A stretch of 64,000 nucleotides of DNA from Deltaproteobacteria bacterium. Its GTDB lineage: Bacteria > Myxococcota_A > UBA9160 > SZUA-336. Numbering within the stretch: the stretch's first letter is position 1; each line of letters begins with the position of its first letter. The notes below the pieces were generated by a model. It searched no databases. It was given only the letters and a program-made list of their open reading frames with translations, and was not told where the DNA came from. This document shows positions 1-7,953 of this stretch, piece after piece. The position numbers and the translations under genes are program-made. The stretch spans positions 24,463 to 88,462 of the forward strand of contig JAJDAJ010000085.1 of assembly GCA_029261925.1 (NCBI GenBank), in the 5' to 3' direction.

Positions 1-1
1 A

Positions 2-568
2 AACGTCGGTGCGGGACCCTGGCCCGAGAGCGCGGCGGAGCTCGGGCTGGGCGACACCGGCTCGGGCAAGGGTCTGCTGGTCTGGGACTACGACGCCGAC
101 GGTGACCTCGACCTGCTGATCGTCAACAACGTCTCGGGGGCGAGGCTGTATCGCAACGAGCGCGGCAGCGAGAACGCCTGGCTCCGCGTGCGCGTGCTGG
201 AGCGGCACGCGGGCGGCGACGCGCTCGGTGCCCGCGTCGAGCTGCTGGACGCGGCCGGCGGCGTCGCGCAGGTCCGGCAGATCGGCGCCGACACCGGCTT
301 CCTCGGGCAGAGCGAGCGCACCGCTCACTTCGGTCTCGGTCCCGCTCCCGCGCCGGCACTCCGGGTCCGGGTCGTGTGGCCCAATGGCAACAGTTTGCTT
401 CTCGAGGACGTGGCTCCGCGGAGTGTGCGCGTCGTCTCCGAGCCGCGGCCGGTCCCGCTGGGGATTCGCGGCGTGCTCCTGTGGCTGCTGCTTCTGCTGC
501 CGGTCGCGCGAGCTCTGACGGTGTCGATGCGAGAAAGTGACCCACCGCGGGGGCGTTTCGACCTATGA
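2..568 (+). CDS. CRTAC1/ASPIC-UnbV family extracellular protein, C-terminal part (5' end outside window)
   Basis: Frame 2 is open from base 2. 'GKGLLVWDYDADGDLDLLIVNN' is an FG-GAP/VCBS blade. 'LRVRVLERHAGGDALGARVELLDAAG...QSERTAHFGLG...VRVVWPNG' is an ASPIC/UnbV-type domain. There is a hydrophobic tail 'VLLWLLLLLPVA'. Stop at 566-568. Confidence 0.75.
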   Translation, partial: NVGAGPWPESAAELGLGDTGSGKGLLVWDYDADGDLDLLIVNNVSGARLYRNERGSENAWLRVRVLERHAGGDALGARVELLDAAGGVAQVRQIGADTGFLGQSERTAHFGLGPAPAPALRVRVVWPNGNSLLLEDVAPRSVRVVSEPRPVPLGIRGVLLWLLLLLPVARALTVSMRESDPPRGRFDL

Positions 569-618
569 TGCGGCCATCACGGGGTTGATCTCGCATCTGC
601 GAGAAAAGGAGCGGTTGG

Positions 619-1551
619 ATGATCCAGGGAAATTTCTCGGCTTGGCAGCGTTTCGGAACTCTTGCTGCGCTCTCGGGCGTGCTGCTTTGCCCGCAGCTTG
701 CGGGGGCGGACGACGGCGCCGTCGAGATCAGCCAGGCCGGTGCGCTCGCCGGGAACGTCACGCCCGGGGATGCGCCGAACTTCCCGGTGACGATCAGCCG
801 CGCGGGCAGCTACGTGCTGACGAGTTCCCTGGTCACGCAGGCTGGCCAGGCCATCCGCGTCACCGCGCAGGACGTGAAGATCGATCTCAACGGCTTCACG
901 GTCTCGTGCAACGTCGGTGGGGGAGGCTGTGGCCTCGATGACGGCATCGAGGCCGACCTCCAGCGCGTCAGCGTCCGGAACGGGACAGTGCAGGACTTCG
1001 GAGGAGACGGCATCGACCTCAACACGCACTCCGTCGTCGAGGATGTCATCGCGCGCACGAACGGCAGCGTCGGGATCCGGGTCGGCAACAACTCGCACGT
1101 CGACGGCTGCTCCTCCAGCGACAACACCCAGGCCGGGATCGTCGCCGGCGGGTCGAGCGTGATCACCGAGAACATCGCCAGCGGCAACGGCACGACCGGG
1201 ATCTCCGCCACCAATTCGACCTTCACGGGCAACGTCGCCAACGGAAATACCGGGACCGGCATCACGGGCAATGGAACCTTCCGGGGCAACAGCGCCAGCA
1301 GCAACAACATCGGGCTCAGCGCCACCGGCAACAGCGTCGCGGTCAACAACCAGCTCGTCAGCAACACCAGTGTGGGCCTGTCCGGGCCGACCATCTCGTT
1401 CGGCTGCATCGGCGCCCTTGCCTACGGCGCGAACGTGATCTCGAACAACAACGGCGCCGTGCTCGCGACGGCCACCGATCCGCAGGTCGGCGGGAGCTGC
1501 AACGTGCAGATCAGCGCGAACGTTTGCCATCGCGACCTGGTCTGCCCCTAA
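619..1551 (+). CDS. secreted right-handed parallel beta-helix repeat protein
   Basis: ATG 619 is preceded by AAGGAG (606-611, 7-nt spacer). Signal peptide 'FGTLAALSGVLLCPQLAGA'. The body consists of imperfect ~22-aa repeats such as 'ENIASGNGTTGISATNSTFTGNVANGNTGTGITGNGTFRGNSASSNNIGLSATGNSV', typical of NosD/CASH-like beta-helices. Confidence 0.75.
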   Translation: MIQGNFSAWQRFGTLAALSGVLLCPQLAGADDGAVEISQAGALAGNVTPGDAPNFPVTISRAGSYVLTSSLVTQAGQAIRVTAQDVKIDLNGFTVSCNVGGGGCGLDDGIEADLQRVSVRNGTVQDFGGDGIDLNTHSVVEDVIARTNGSVGIRVGNNSHVDGCSSSDNTQAGIVAGGSSVITENIASGNGTTGISATNSTFTGNVANGNTGTGITGNGTFRGNSASSNNIGLSATGNSVAVNNQLVSNTSVGLSGPTISFGCIGALAYGANVISNNNGAVLATATDPQVGGSCNVQISANVCHRDLVCP

Positions 1552-1561
1552 GGTGCGCGCC

Positions 1562-2641
1562 ATGAAGCTGACCACAGCCGTCGTCTGGCTCGCCGCTGCA
1601 CTCGTCGGGTTTGCGGGTCCGGCGGCTGCCGAGCCCGCGGTGGCGCTCGACGGGTCTCCGGACATCACTGCCGATCTCTCGGGTGTCGTCGTCGACGACG
1701 CGGAGCTGGGGCTCGACGATCTTGCCGGGCCGGTCGCTTCGCTCGCATTCCCCGGCCTGGATCGCGCGGCGGACGTCGACGCCCACGGCGTCGACGCCCT
1801 TGGCAACGACCTGATCTCGCTCGACACGGCGGCGAGCGTCCCCGCGTCCGGGGGCGGGTCGCTGTTCGCTCGTGCCTCCGACGTTCTGCGTCTCGTCGGA
1901 GGCGCTTACGAGCTCGCGTTCGACTCGGCCGCAGCCGGTGTCCCGGCCGGAGCCGACGTCGACGCGGTCTTCGCGCTCGGTGACGAGCTCTTCCTGTCGT
2001 TCGACGTCGCGGTCGACCTGGGAGGCGGCGAGGTGGCTGCCGACGAGGACGTGGTGCGCTGGGACGGTGCCGATCTGAGCCTTTACGCCGACACCTCGAG
2101 CCTGGGCGTGGCGCCGGCGGCGGATCTCGACGCGCTGCACCTCGTGGCGGCGACGGGCGGGATCGCGGCCTCGTTCGACATCAGCGGCACGGTCGACGGC
2201 GTCTCGTACGACGACGAGGACCTCGTCTTCTTCGACCCGGGCTCCGGAAGCTGGAGTCTCAGCCTCGACGCGGGCGCGGAGCACGCGGGCTGGGGCCCGG
2301 CGGACCTGGATGCGGCGACCCCGGACTTCGATCTGGACACCGACGGTGTCGGCGACTCGCAGGACGTCTGCCCGCAGTTCGACAGCGCGGACCAGACCGA
2401 CACCGACGGCAACGGCATCGGGGACCTCTGCGAGTGCGGCGACCAGACCGGAGACGGCTTCGTCAACGTCTCGGACATCCTGGCGATCAACGAGGTCATC
2501 TTCGATCTGCAGGTAGCGTCGCCGCTCTGCGACACCAACAACGACGCGCTCTGCAACGTCGCGGACATCCTCGGCGTGAACGCGAAGATCTTCGGGGCTC
2601 CGGCCTACTGCTCGAGGTTCCCTCCGCCCGCACTGCCCTGA
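1562..2641 (+). CDS. secreted acidic protein with thrombospondin type-3 repeats and a Cys-framed dockerin-like C-terminus
   Basis: ATG 1562 has AAGG 8 nt upstream; GTG 1553 is an alternative. Signal peptide 'MKLTTAVVWLAAALVGFAGPAAA'. The body is Asp-rich. The C-terminus reads 'DLDTDGVGDSQDVCP...DQTDTDGNGIGDLCECGDQTGDGFVNVSDILAINEVIF' followed by three more Cys. Confidence 0.7.
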   Translation: MKLTTAVVWLAAALVGFAGPAAAEPAVALDGSPDITADLSGVVVDDAELGLDDLAGPVASLAFPGLDRAADVDAHGVDALGNDLISLDTAASVPASGGGSLFARASDVLRLVGGAYELAFDSAAAGVPAGADVDAVFALGDELFLSFDVAVDLGGGEVAADEDVVRWDGADLSLYADTSSLGVAPAADLDALHLVAATGGIAASFDISGTVDGVSYDDEDLVFFDPGSGSWSLSLDAGAEHAGWGPADLDAATPDFDLDTDGVGDSQDVCPQFDSADQTDTDGNGIGDLCECGDQTGDGFVNVSDILAINEVIFDLQVASPLCDTNNDALCNVADILGVNAKIFGAPAYCSRFPPPALP

Positions 2642-2673
2642 CCGCGGCGCGCCCCGGCCCGGGGCCGCCGCGG
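2642..2673 (+). terminator. GC-rich hairpin immediately after stop codon (possible terminator, no T-tract)
   Basis: 'ccgcggcg c gccc cggcccg gggc cgccgcgg': arms 2642-2649/2666-2673 and 2651-2654/2662-2665 pair (12 bp, one bulge, 7-nt loop). It lies in a convergent intergenic region. Confidence 0.3.
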
Positions 2674-2887
2674 GACGGTCCGGCATCCGGGCTACGCGAT
2701 CAGCCCGCGGGCTCGCAAGCGCGTAGGAGTGGGCTGCGCAAGACACGCCATCGGGGGAGACGACGGGTGGGCTGGATGTTCGTGTTCGGGGCGACCGCCT
2801 GCGACTTGGTCCGCTTGCGCTCATTGCTGGCAACGGGAGCTGCAGAGTGAACCCGACGCCGCCGCTCGGTCGATTTTCGGCAGCCTG

Positions 2888-4540
2888 CTAGACGCCCGCC
2901 TCCTCGCGCAGCTGCTGGCGCAGCACGAACTTCTTGATCTTGCCCGAGGGCGTGCGGGCGAAGTCCTCGCGCACGCTGCGCAGCTCCTCGGGCCACTTCT
3001 GGCGCGCCAGGCCGGCGGCGGCCAGGTGCTCGCGGACCGCGGGCAGATCGGGCGGCTCGTGGCCGGGCTGCATGCGGAAGAAGGCGCAGGCGTGCTCGCC
3101 CAGGCGCTCGTCGGGCGCGGCGACCACGGCGATCTCGGTCACGCCGGGCATGCGCATGAGCAGCTCCTCGACCTCGGCCGCGCTCACGTTCTCGCCGCCG
3201 CGGATGATGATGTCCTTCACGCGATCGGTGATGGTCAGGTAGCCATCGGCGTCGATCACGCCGACGTCCTCGGTCCGGTACCAGCCGTCGGCGTCGATCA
3301 TCTCGGCGCTGATCTCTGCGTCGGTGTAGCCCCAGAAGAGCTCCGGCCCGCGGCTGAGGATCTCGCCGGGCTGGCCGGTGGGCACGTCGGCGCCGTCCTC
3401 GTCGACCAGGCGGATCTCCACGCCCGGCAGCGGCTCGCCGTCGGTGTACTTGCGCTTGTCCGCCGGGGCGGCGTGCTCGTTGCCCGTGATCGAGGGATGC
3501 TCGGTCGATCCGTACGAGCGCACGGTCGAGATGCCCAGCGCCTCGGCGCGGTCGCAGACGGCGGCGGGCACGGCCGAGCCGCCGAGGCCGATCTGCCGCA
3601 TGCGCTCGACGTGCTCGGGCCCGAACCCGGGCGCGTCGAGCAGGCTTGTCAGGAAGTAGGTCGAGCCGCTGCCCGCGCTCACGTCGGCCTCGAGCATGAT
3701 CTCGAGCACGCGCACGGGGCTCCAGGTGTCGATCAGGTGGATCGGCTGCCCGTGGATCAGCGGCATCAGCACCGCGCCGAGCATGCCCATGGCGTGCGCG
3801 ATCGGTGCGCCGACCAGGTGAGGCCGGCCCGTCGCGCTCATCGCGGCGAGCTGCCGGGCCTCGGAGAGGATCGAGTAGCTGGTGTGGATGACGCCCTTGG
3901 GGTCCGAGGTGGTGCCCGAGGTGTACGCGATCAGCACCGGCTGGTCGCAGGGCACCTCGGGGAGCTGCTCGAGCGGCGGGGCGGCCAGCAGCTCGGACTG
4001 GGTCAGCGCGCCGGCGGGCGCCTCGTCCCCGATGACCACGAGCGTCTCGAGCTCGGGCAGGTCGCGCCAGAACGGCTCGAGCGCCGCCACGTAGTCGATG
4101 CCGCGGAACGCCGCGTCGGTCACGTGTGCGCGTGCTCCGGACTGCTCGAGGATGAAGCGAACCTCCTTCGCGCCGTAGAAGTGCACGATCGGCACCAGCA
4201 CCGCGCCCAGCATGGCGGCACCGTGGAACGCGACCAGGCCCTCGACGCGGTTCGGGAGCTGGTAGCTCACCACGTCGCCGGGGCCGATACCGCGCGCGGC
4301 CAGGCCTGCGGCGAAGCGCCGCGCCGCGGCGTGCAGCTCGGCCAGGGTGCCGAGGTGGGGGTTGACGTCGGACCAGATCCGCACCGTCTGCGACGCGTGG
4401 GTGCGCAGGCCCTCGTCCACGAACGCGCCCAGCGACTGCTCGAGCCACAGTCCCTGCTCCAGGTACTGCTTGCGCAGGCGCTCGGCGGGCGGGCGCAGCT
4501 TCCAGCGGGAGGCGGGCGACGCGGGTACGGGATGGCTCAT
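2888..4540 (-). CDS. AMP-dependent acyl-CoA synthetase/ligase
   Basis: The real start is ATG 4540 ('MSHPVPASP'). The part of the 967-aa track ORF upstream of it is antisense to the thiolase gene. Motifs: 'IAYTSGTTSDPKGV', 'GWYRTEDVG', 'DRVKDIIIRGGENV', 'PSGKIKKF'. Confidence 0.9.
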   Translation of the reverse strand: MSHPVPASPASRWKLRPPAERLRKQYLEQGLWLEQSLGAFVDEGLRTHASQTVRIWSDVNPHLGTLAELHAAARRFAAGLAARGIGPGDVVSYQLPNRVEGLVAFHGAAMLGAVLVPIVHFYGAKEVRFILEQSGARAHVTDAAFRGIDYVAALEPFWRDLPELETLVVIGDEAPAGALTQSELLAAPPLEQLPEVPCDQPVLIAYTSGTTSDPKGVIHTSYSILSEARQLAAMSATGRPHLVGAPIAHAMGMLGAVLMPLIHGQPIHLIDTWSPVRVLEIMLEADVSAGSGSTYFLTSLLDAPGFGPEHVERMRQIGLGGSAVPAAVCDRAEALGISTVRSYGSTEHPSITGNEHAAPADKRKYTDGEPLPGVEIRLVDEDGADVPTGQPGEILSRGPELFWGYTDAEISAEMIDADGWYRTEDVGVIDADGYLTITDRVKDIIIRGGENVSAAEVEELLMRMPGVTEIAVVAAPDERLGEHACAFFRMQPGHEPPDLPAVREHLAAAGLARQKWPEELRSVREDFARTPSGKIKKFVLRQQLREEAGV

Positions 4541-4681
4541 GCCGCCGATTCTACTTCCGTTGCCCCTCCCGTGGCGCGCGGGGGAGGGCGCGGCCGCGGG
4601 TCGCGCGCGCGCACGGGTGCCCGTCGGCCGCGCATCGGGTAGCCTCCGCGCCGCGAGCCCCCGAGCGAAACGGAGCGTGTG

Positions 4682-5857
4682 ATGCGAGACGTGTACATCG
4701 TGGAGGCCGTGCGCAGCCCCCTGGGCAAGCGGCGCGGCGGACTGTCCACCGTTCATCCCGTGGACCTGCTGGCGGCGGTCCAGAAGGCGGCGCTCGACCG
4801 CGCGGGGCTGGATCCGGCCGCGATGGGCCAGGTGATCGGCGGCTGCGTCTCGCAGGTGGGCGAGCAGGCCTACAACGTCGCGCGCACCGCCTGGCTCTCC
4901 GCGGGCCTGCCCATCGAGGTGGCCGCGACCTCGATCGACAGCCAGTGCGGTTCGAGCCAGCAGGCCACGACCCTGGCGGCGGGGCTGGTGTCGGGCGGGC
5001 TCGAGGACCTGGTGCTGGCCTGCGGAGTCGAGTCGATGAGCCGGCTGCCGCTGGGGGCGAACTTCGGCGATCCGAAGCTCGGTCAGCCGCTGCCCCCGAG
5101 CTACTTCGAGCGCTTCGCCTTCGCGTCGCAGTTCGACGGTGCCGAGATGATCGCGCGCGAGTACGGGATCACGCGCCAGGACACCGACCGCTTCGGCCTG
5201 CGCAGCCAGCAGAACGCCGCCCGTGCCTGGTCCGAGGGCCGCTTCGAGCGCGAGGTGATCCCGATCGACGCCCCGCTGGTCGACGAGGCGGGCAAGCCCA
5301 CCGGCGAGACCCTGCGCGTGACCCGCGACGAGGGCCTGCGCGACAGCAGCCTCGAGAAGCTCGCGGGCCTCGATCCCGTGATGCCCGACGGCGTCCACAC
5401 CGCGGGCAGCTCCTCGCAGGTCACCGACGGCTCGGCCGCGGTCATCCTCGCGTCGGACCACGCGGTCAAGCGGCACCGGCTGCGCCCGCGCGCGCGCATC
5501 GTCTACGCGACGCTGGTCGGGGTCGATCCGATCACCATGCTCAAGGGCCCGATCCCGGCGACGCGGAACCTGCTGGACTGGACCGGCCTGAAGGCGCACG
5601 AGATCGACGTCTTCGAGGTCAACGAGGCCTTCGCCAGCGTGGTGCTCGCCTGGCAGCAGGAGATCGAGCCCGATCCGGAGCGCGTCAATCCCAACGGTGG
5701 CGCGATCGCGCTGGGCCATCCCACGGGCGCGACGGGCGCGCGGCTGATCACCACCGCGCTGCACGAGCTCGAGCGCTCGGGTGGCCGCCACGGGCTGATC
5801 TCGATGTGCTGCGGCGGCGGGCTCGGCACCGGCACGATCATCGAGCGGCTGGACTGA
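4682..5857 (+). CDS. thiolase (acetyl-CoA C-acyltransferase family)
   Basis: ATG 4682 has GGAG 6 nt upstream; GTG 4679 is an alternative. Motifs: 'SIDSQCGSSQQA' (active-site Cys region), 'NPNGGAIALGHPTGATG', 'MCCGGGLG'. Confidence 0.9.
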   Translation: MRDVYIVEAVRSPLGKRRGGLSTVHPVDLLAAVQKAALDRAGLDPAAMGQVIGGCVSQVGEQAYNVARTAWLSAGLPIEVAATSIDSQCGSSQQATTLAAGLVSGGLEDLVLACGVESMSRLPLGANFGDPKLGQPLPPSYFERFAFASQFDGAEMIAREYGITRQDTDRFGLRSQQNAARAWSEGRFEREVIPIDAPLVDEAGKPTGETLRVTRDEGLRDSSLEKLAGLDPVMPDGVHTAGSSSQVTDGSAAVILASDHAVKRHRLRPRARIVYATLVGVDPITMLKGPIPATRNLLDWTGLKAHEIDVFEVNEAFASVVLAWQQEIEPDPERVNPNGGAIALGHPTGATGARLITTALHELERSGGRHGLISMCCGGGLGTGTIIERLD

Positions 5858-5887
5858 GGCCGGCGCGGGCCGGCCCCGGGGGCGAGC

Positions 5888-6508
5888 TCACCAGCCCAGG
5901 GCGCGGGCCCGCGCGACGATCACCTGCGCGCTGCCCTCGGAGCCGAGGCGCTGCGTGTTGAGCACCATGTCGTAGAGCAGCGCGTCGTCCCAGTCGCGCC
6001 CGTAGAACTCGCGGTGGTAGCGCTCGCGATTGTGGTCCGCGTCGTCCAGCACCCCGGGGGCGTCGCGCTCGGCGATCCCCAGGCGCTCGATCGCCTGGCG
6101 CAGCCGCCACTCGCGCGGCGCGACCAGGCGCACGTGCAGCGCGCTGGGTCGGCTGCCGAGCACCGCGGCCGCCGCGCGGCCGATCAGCACCAGCCGGTCC
6201 CGATCGCCCAGCTCCTCGATCACCTCCCGCATCAGACGCGAGATCTTGGCGTGCTCGGGCTCGCTCACGAGGTCCGTCGAGGGCATCATCATGTCGGGGA
6301 ACGCCATGGCGTTGGTCTGCGCCACGCGCTCGATGAACGTGGGGATGCGCTCGTCGAGCAGGCGCACGTCGTCGGGCGAGAGCCCGCAGCGAGCCGCGAC
6401 CTCCTGGACCAGCTCCTCGTCCAGCACCTGCCAGCCGAGATCGCGGGCCACCTGCTCGGCGATGAGCGAGGCGCACGCAGCGAACTGTCGCGAGATGGTG
6501 ATGTGCAT
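5888..6508 (-). CDS. cytidylate kinase-like family protein with degenerate P-loop
   Basis: 'HITISRQFAACASLIAEQVARDLGW...LVLIGRAAAAVL...ALHVRLVAP' follows the Cytidylate_kin2-type layout, but the usual GSGG loop reads AACA. Confidence 0.65.
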   Translation of the reverse strand: MHITISRQFAACASLIAEQVARDLGWQVLDEELVQEVAARCGLSPDDVRLLDERIPTFIERVAQTNAMAFPDMMMPSTDLVSEPEHAKISRLMREVIEELGDRDRLVLIGRAAAAVLGSRPSALHVRLVAPREWRLRQAIERLGIAERDAPGVLDDADHNRERYHREFYGRDWDDALLYDMVLNTQRLGSEGSAQVIVARARALGW

Positions 6509-6533
6509 GTCGAGTGGAGTCTACGCTGCCCGA

Positions 6534-7856
6534 TCAGTCTGCGGAAGACTCGGCCCCCTGGACCGCGTGGCGCACCGCGGCGTCCAGGTGCCGCAGACCC
6601 GGGCTGAGCGCCACGAAGGCGATCGCCAGGGCGACGGCCAGCACCGAGGCGCCGCCCAGGGCGGCGGGCGCGCCCCAGCGCTCTGCCGCCAGGCTCACCG
6701 GCAGCGAGCCGAACATCGGCAGCGAGAAGGACATCATCAGGAAGGACGAGATCCGCCCCCGGACGGAGTCCGGGATCAGCTGCTGGATCGCGGTGTTGTT
6801 GACCACGCCGAAGATGTTCTGGAAGACGTTGGCCAGCAGCAGCCAGGCCAGCGCGAGCCAGAACGAGCCGCTGAAGGCGAACAGCCCCAGGAAGAGGCCG
6901 AACATGCACACGCTGCCCAGCATGGTGCGCACGCGGCGATCGTGCTCCCCGCGCGTGGCCAGGATCACGGCGCCGGCGAATCCGCCCACGCCCGCAACGC
7001 CATTGAGCAGCCCCAGGGCGCCGCTGCCCCGTCCGTAGACGGTGTCGGCGAAGACCGGCAGCAGCGCCTGGAACGGCATCATCAGGAACATGGGCATCAG
7101 CCCGAAGACCAGCAGCATCAGCACCAGGCGGTTCGAGCGCAGGTAGCGGAAGCCGTCGATCGTGCTGCCCACGATGCTGCGTTCCCGCCCCTCGGGAGGC
7201 GGCAGCGCCGGACCGACCCGGATCATCGCGAGCAGCGCCACCACGTACAGCCCCGTGGCCAGGAGGTACGCGCGGCCGATGCCGTCGACCTCCGTGCCGC
7301 CCGCGGGGGTGAGCAGCGGGATCAGCGCGCCGAGCACCAGCGGACCGCCGACGCGGCTGACGTTCATGCCCGCGGTCGTCAGGGCGATGGCGTTGCCCAG
7401 CCGGCCCCGCCCCACCACGTTGGCGACGATCGCCTGTCGCGAGGGCATCATCACCGCGAACATCGCGCCGATGACCAGGGCCAGCGCCACGATGTGCCAG
7501 AAGCGCAGATGGCCGAGGTAGAGCAGGCTGGCCGTCGCGATCTCGCTGACCAGGAGCACGATCTGGCAGCTCACGATGAGCCGGCGCCGGTCGTAGCGAT
7601 CCGAGAGGGTGCCCCCGAGCGGGGCCATCAGGATCATCGGGATCGCGACGCTGACCTGGACCAGGCCCAGCGCCGCCGGGCTCTTCCCGGCCAGCTCGTA
7701 GGCGAGCAGCGGACGCAGGACCATGGAGATGCCCTGCATGGCGAAGAAGAAGGTCAGGTTGCCGAAGAACAGCCAGCGGAAGCGCGGGATCTCCAGCGAG
7801 CTGAGGGCGGCGCGCCACCCGCCGGCTCCCACGGGCTGAGCTCTGCGTCCGACCAA
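6534..7856 (-). CDS. MFS transporter
   Basis: The profile is multi-TM hydrophobic. Motifs: 'FRWLFFGNLTFFFAMQG' and 'GGTLSDRYDRRRL' (MFS motif-A-like). I set the start at TTG 7856 because GGAGG lies 4-5 nt upstream. GTG 7832 is an alternative. The track start at 8051 would overlap the divergent gene. Confidence 0.8.
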   Translation of the reverse strand: MVGRRAQPVGAGGWRAALSSLEIPRFRWLFFGNLTFFFAMQGISMVLRPLLAYELAGKSPAALGLVQVSVAIPMILMAPLGGTLSDRYDRRRLIVSCQIVLLVSEIATASLLYLGHLRFWHIVALALVIGAMFAVMMPSRQAIVANVVGRGRLGNAIALTTAGMNVSRVGGPLVLGALIPLLTPAGGTEVDGIGRAYLLATGLYVVALLAMIRVGPALPPPEGRERSIVGSTIDGFRYLRSNRLVLMLLVFGLMPMFLMMPFQALLPVFADTVYGRGSGALGLLNGVAGVGGFAGAVILATRGEHDRRVRTMLGSVCMFGLFLGLFAFSGSFWLALAWLLLANVFQNIFGVVNNTAIQQLIPDSVRGRISSFLMMSFSLPMFGSLPVSLAAERWGAPAALGGASVLAVALAIAFVALSPGLRHLDAAVRHAVQGAESSAD

Positions 7857-7953
7857 TGCACCTCCGCGGCGCGCAGAATAGCGCGTCCGGACGCGCTCGA
7901 CGCCCGGCAGCGGTCCGGGAACCCGCTTCCCCGTGACCGGTACAATCGCGGGG

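Noticed and set aside
4541-5791. N-terminal 417 residues of the 967-aa minus-strand ORF 2888-5791, which looks like a giant fusion protein.
   Set aside because: That part is antisense to the thiolase gene. The acyl-CoA synthetase homology starts at ATG 4540 ('MSHPV').
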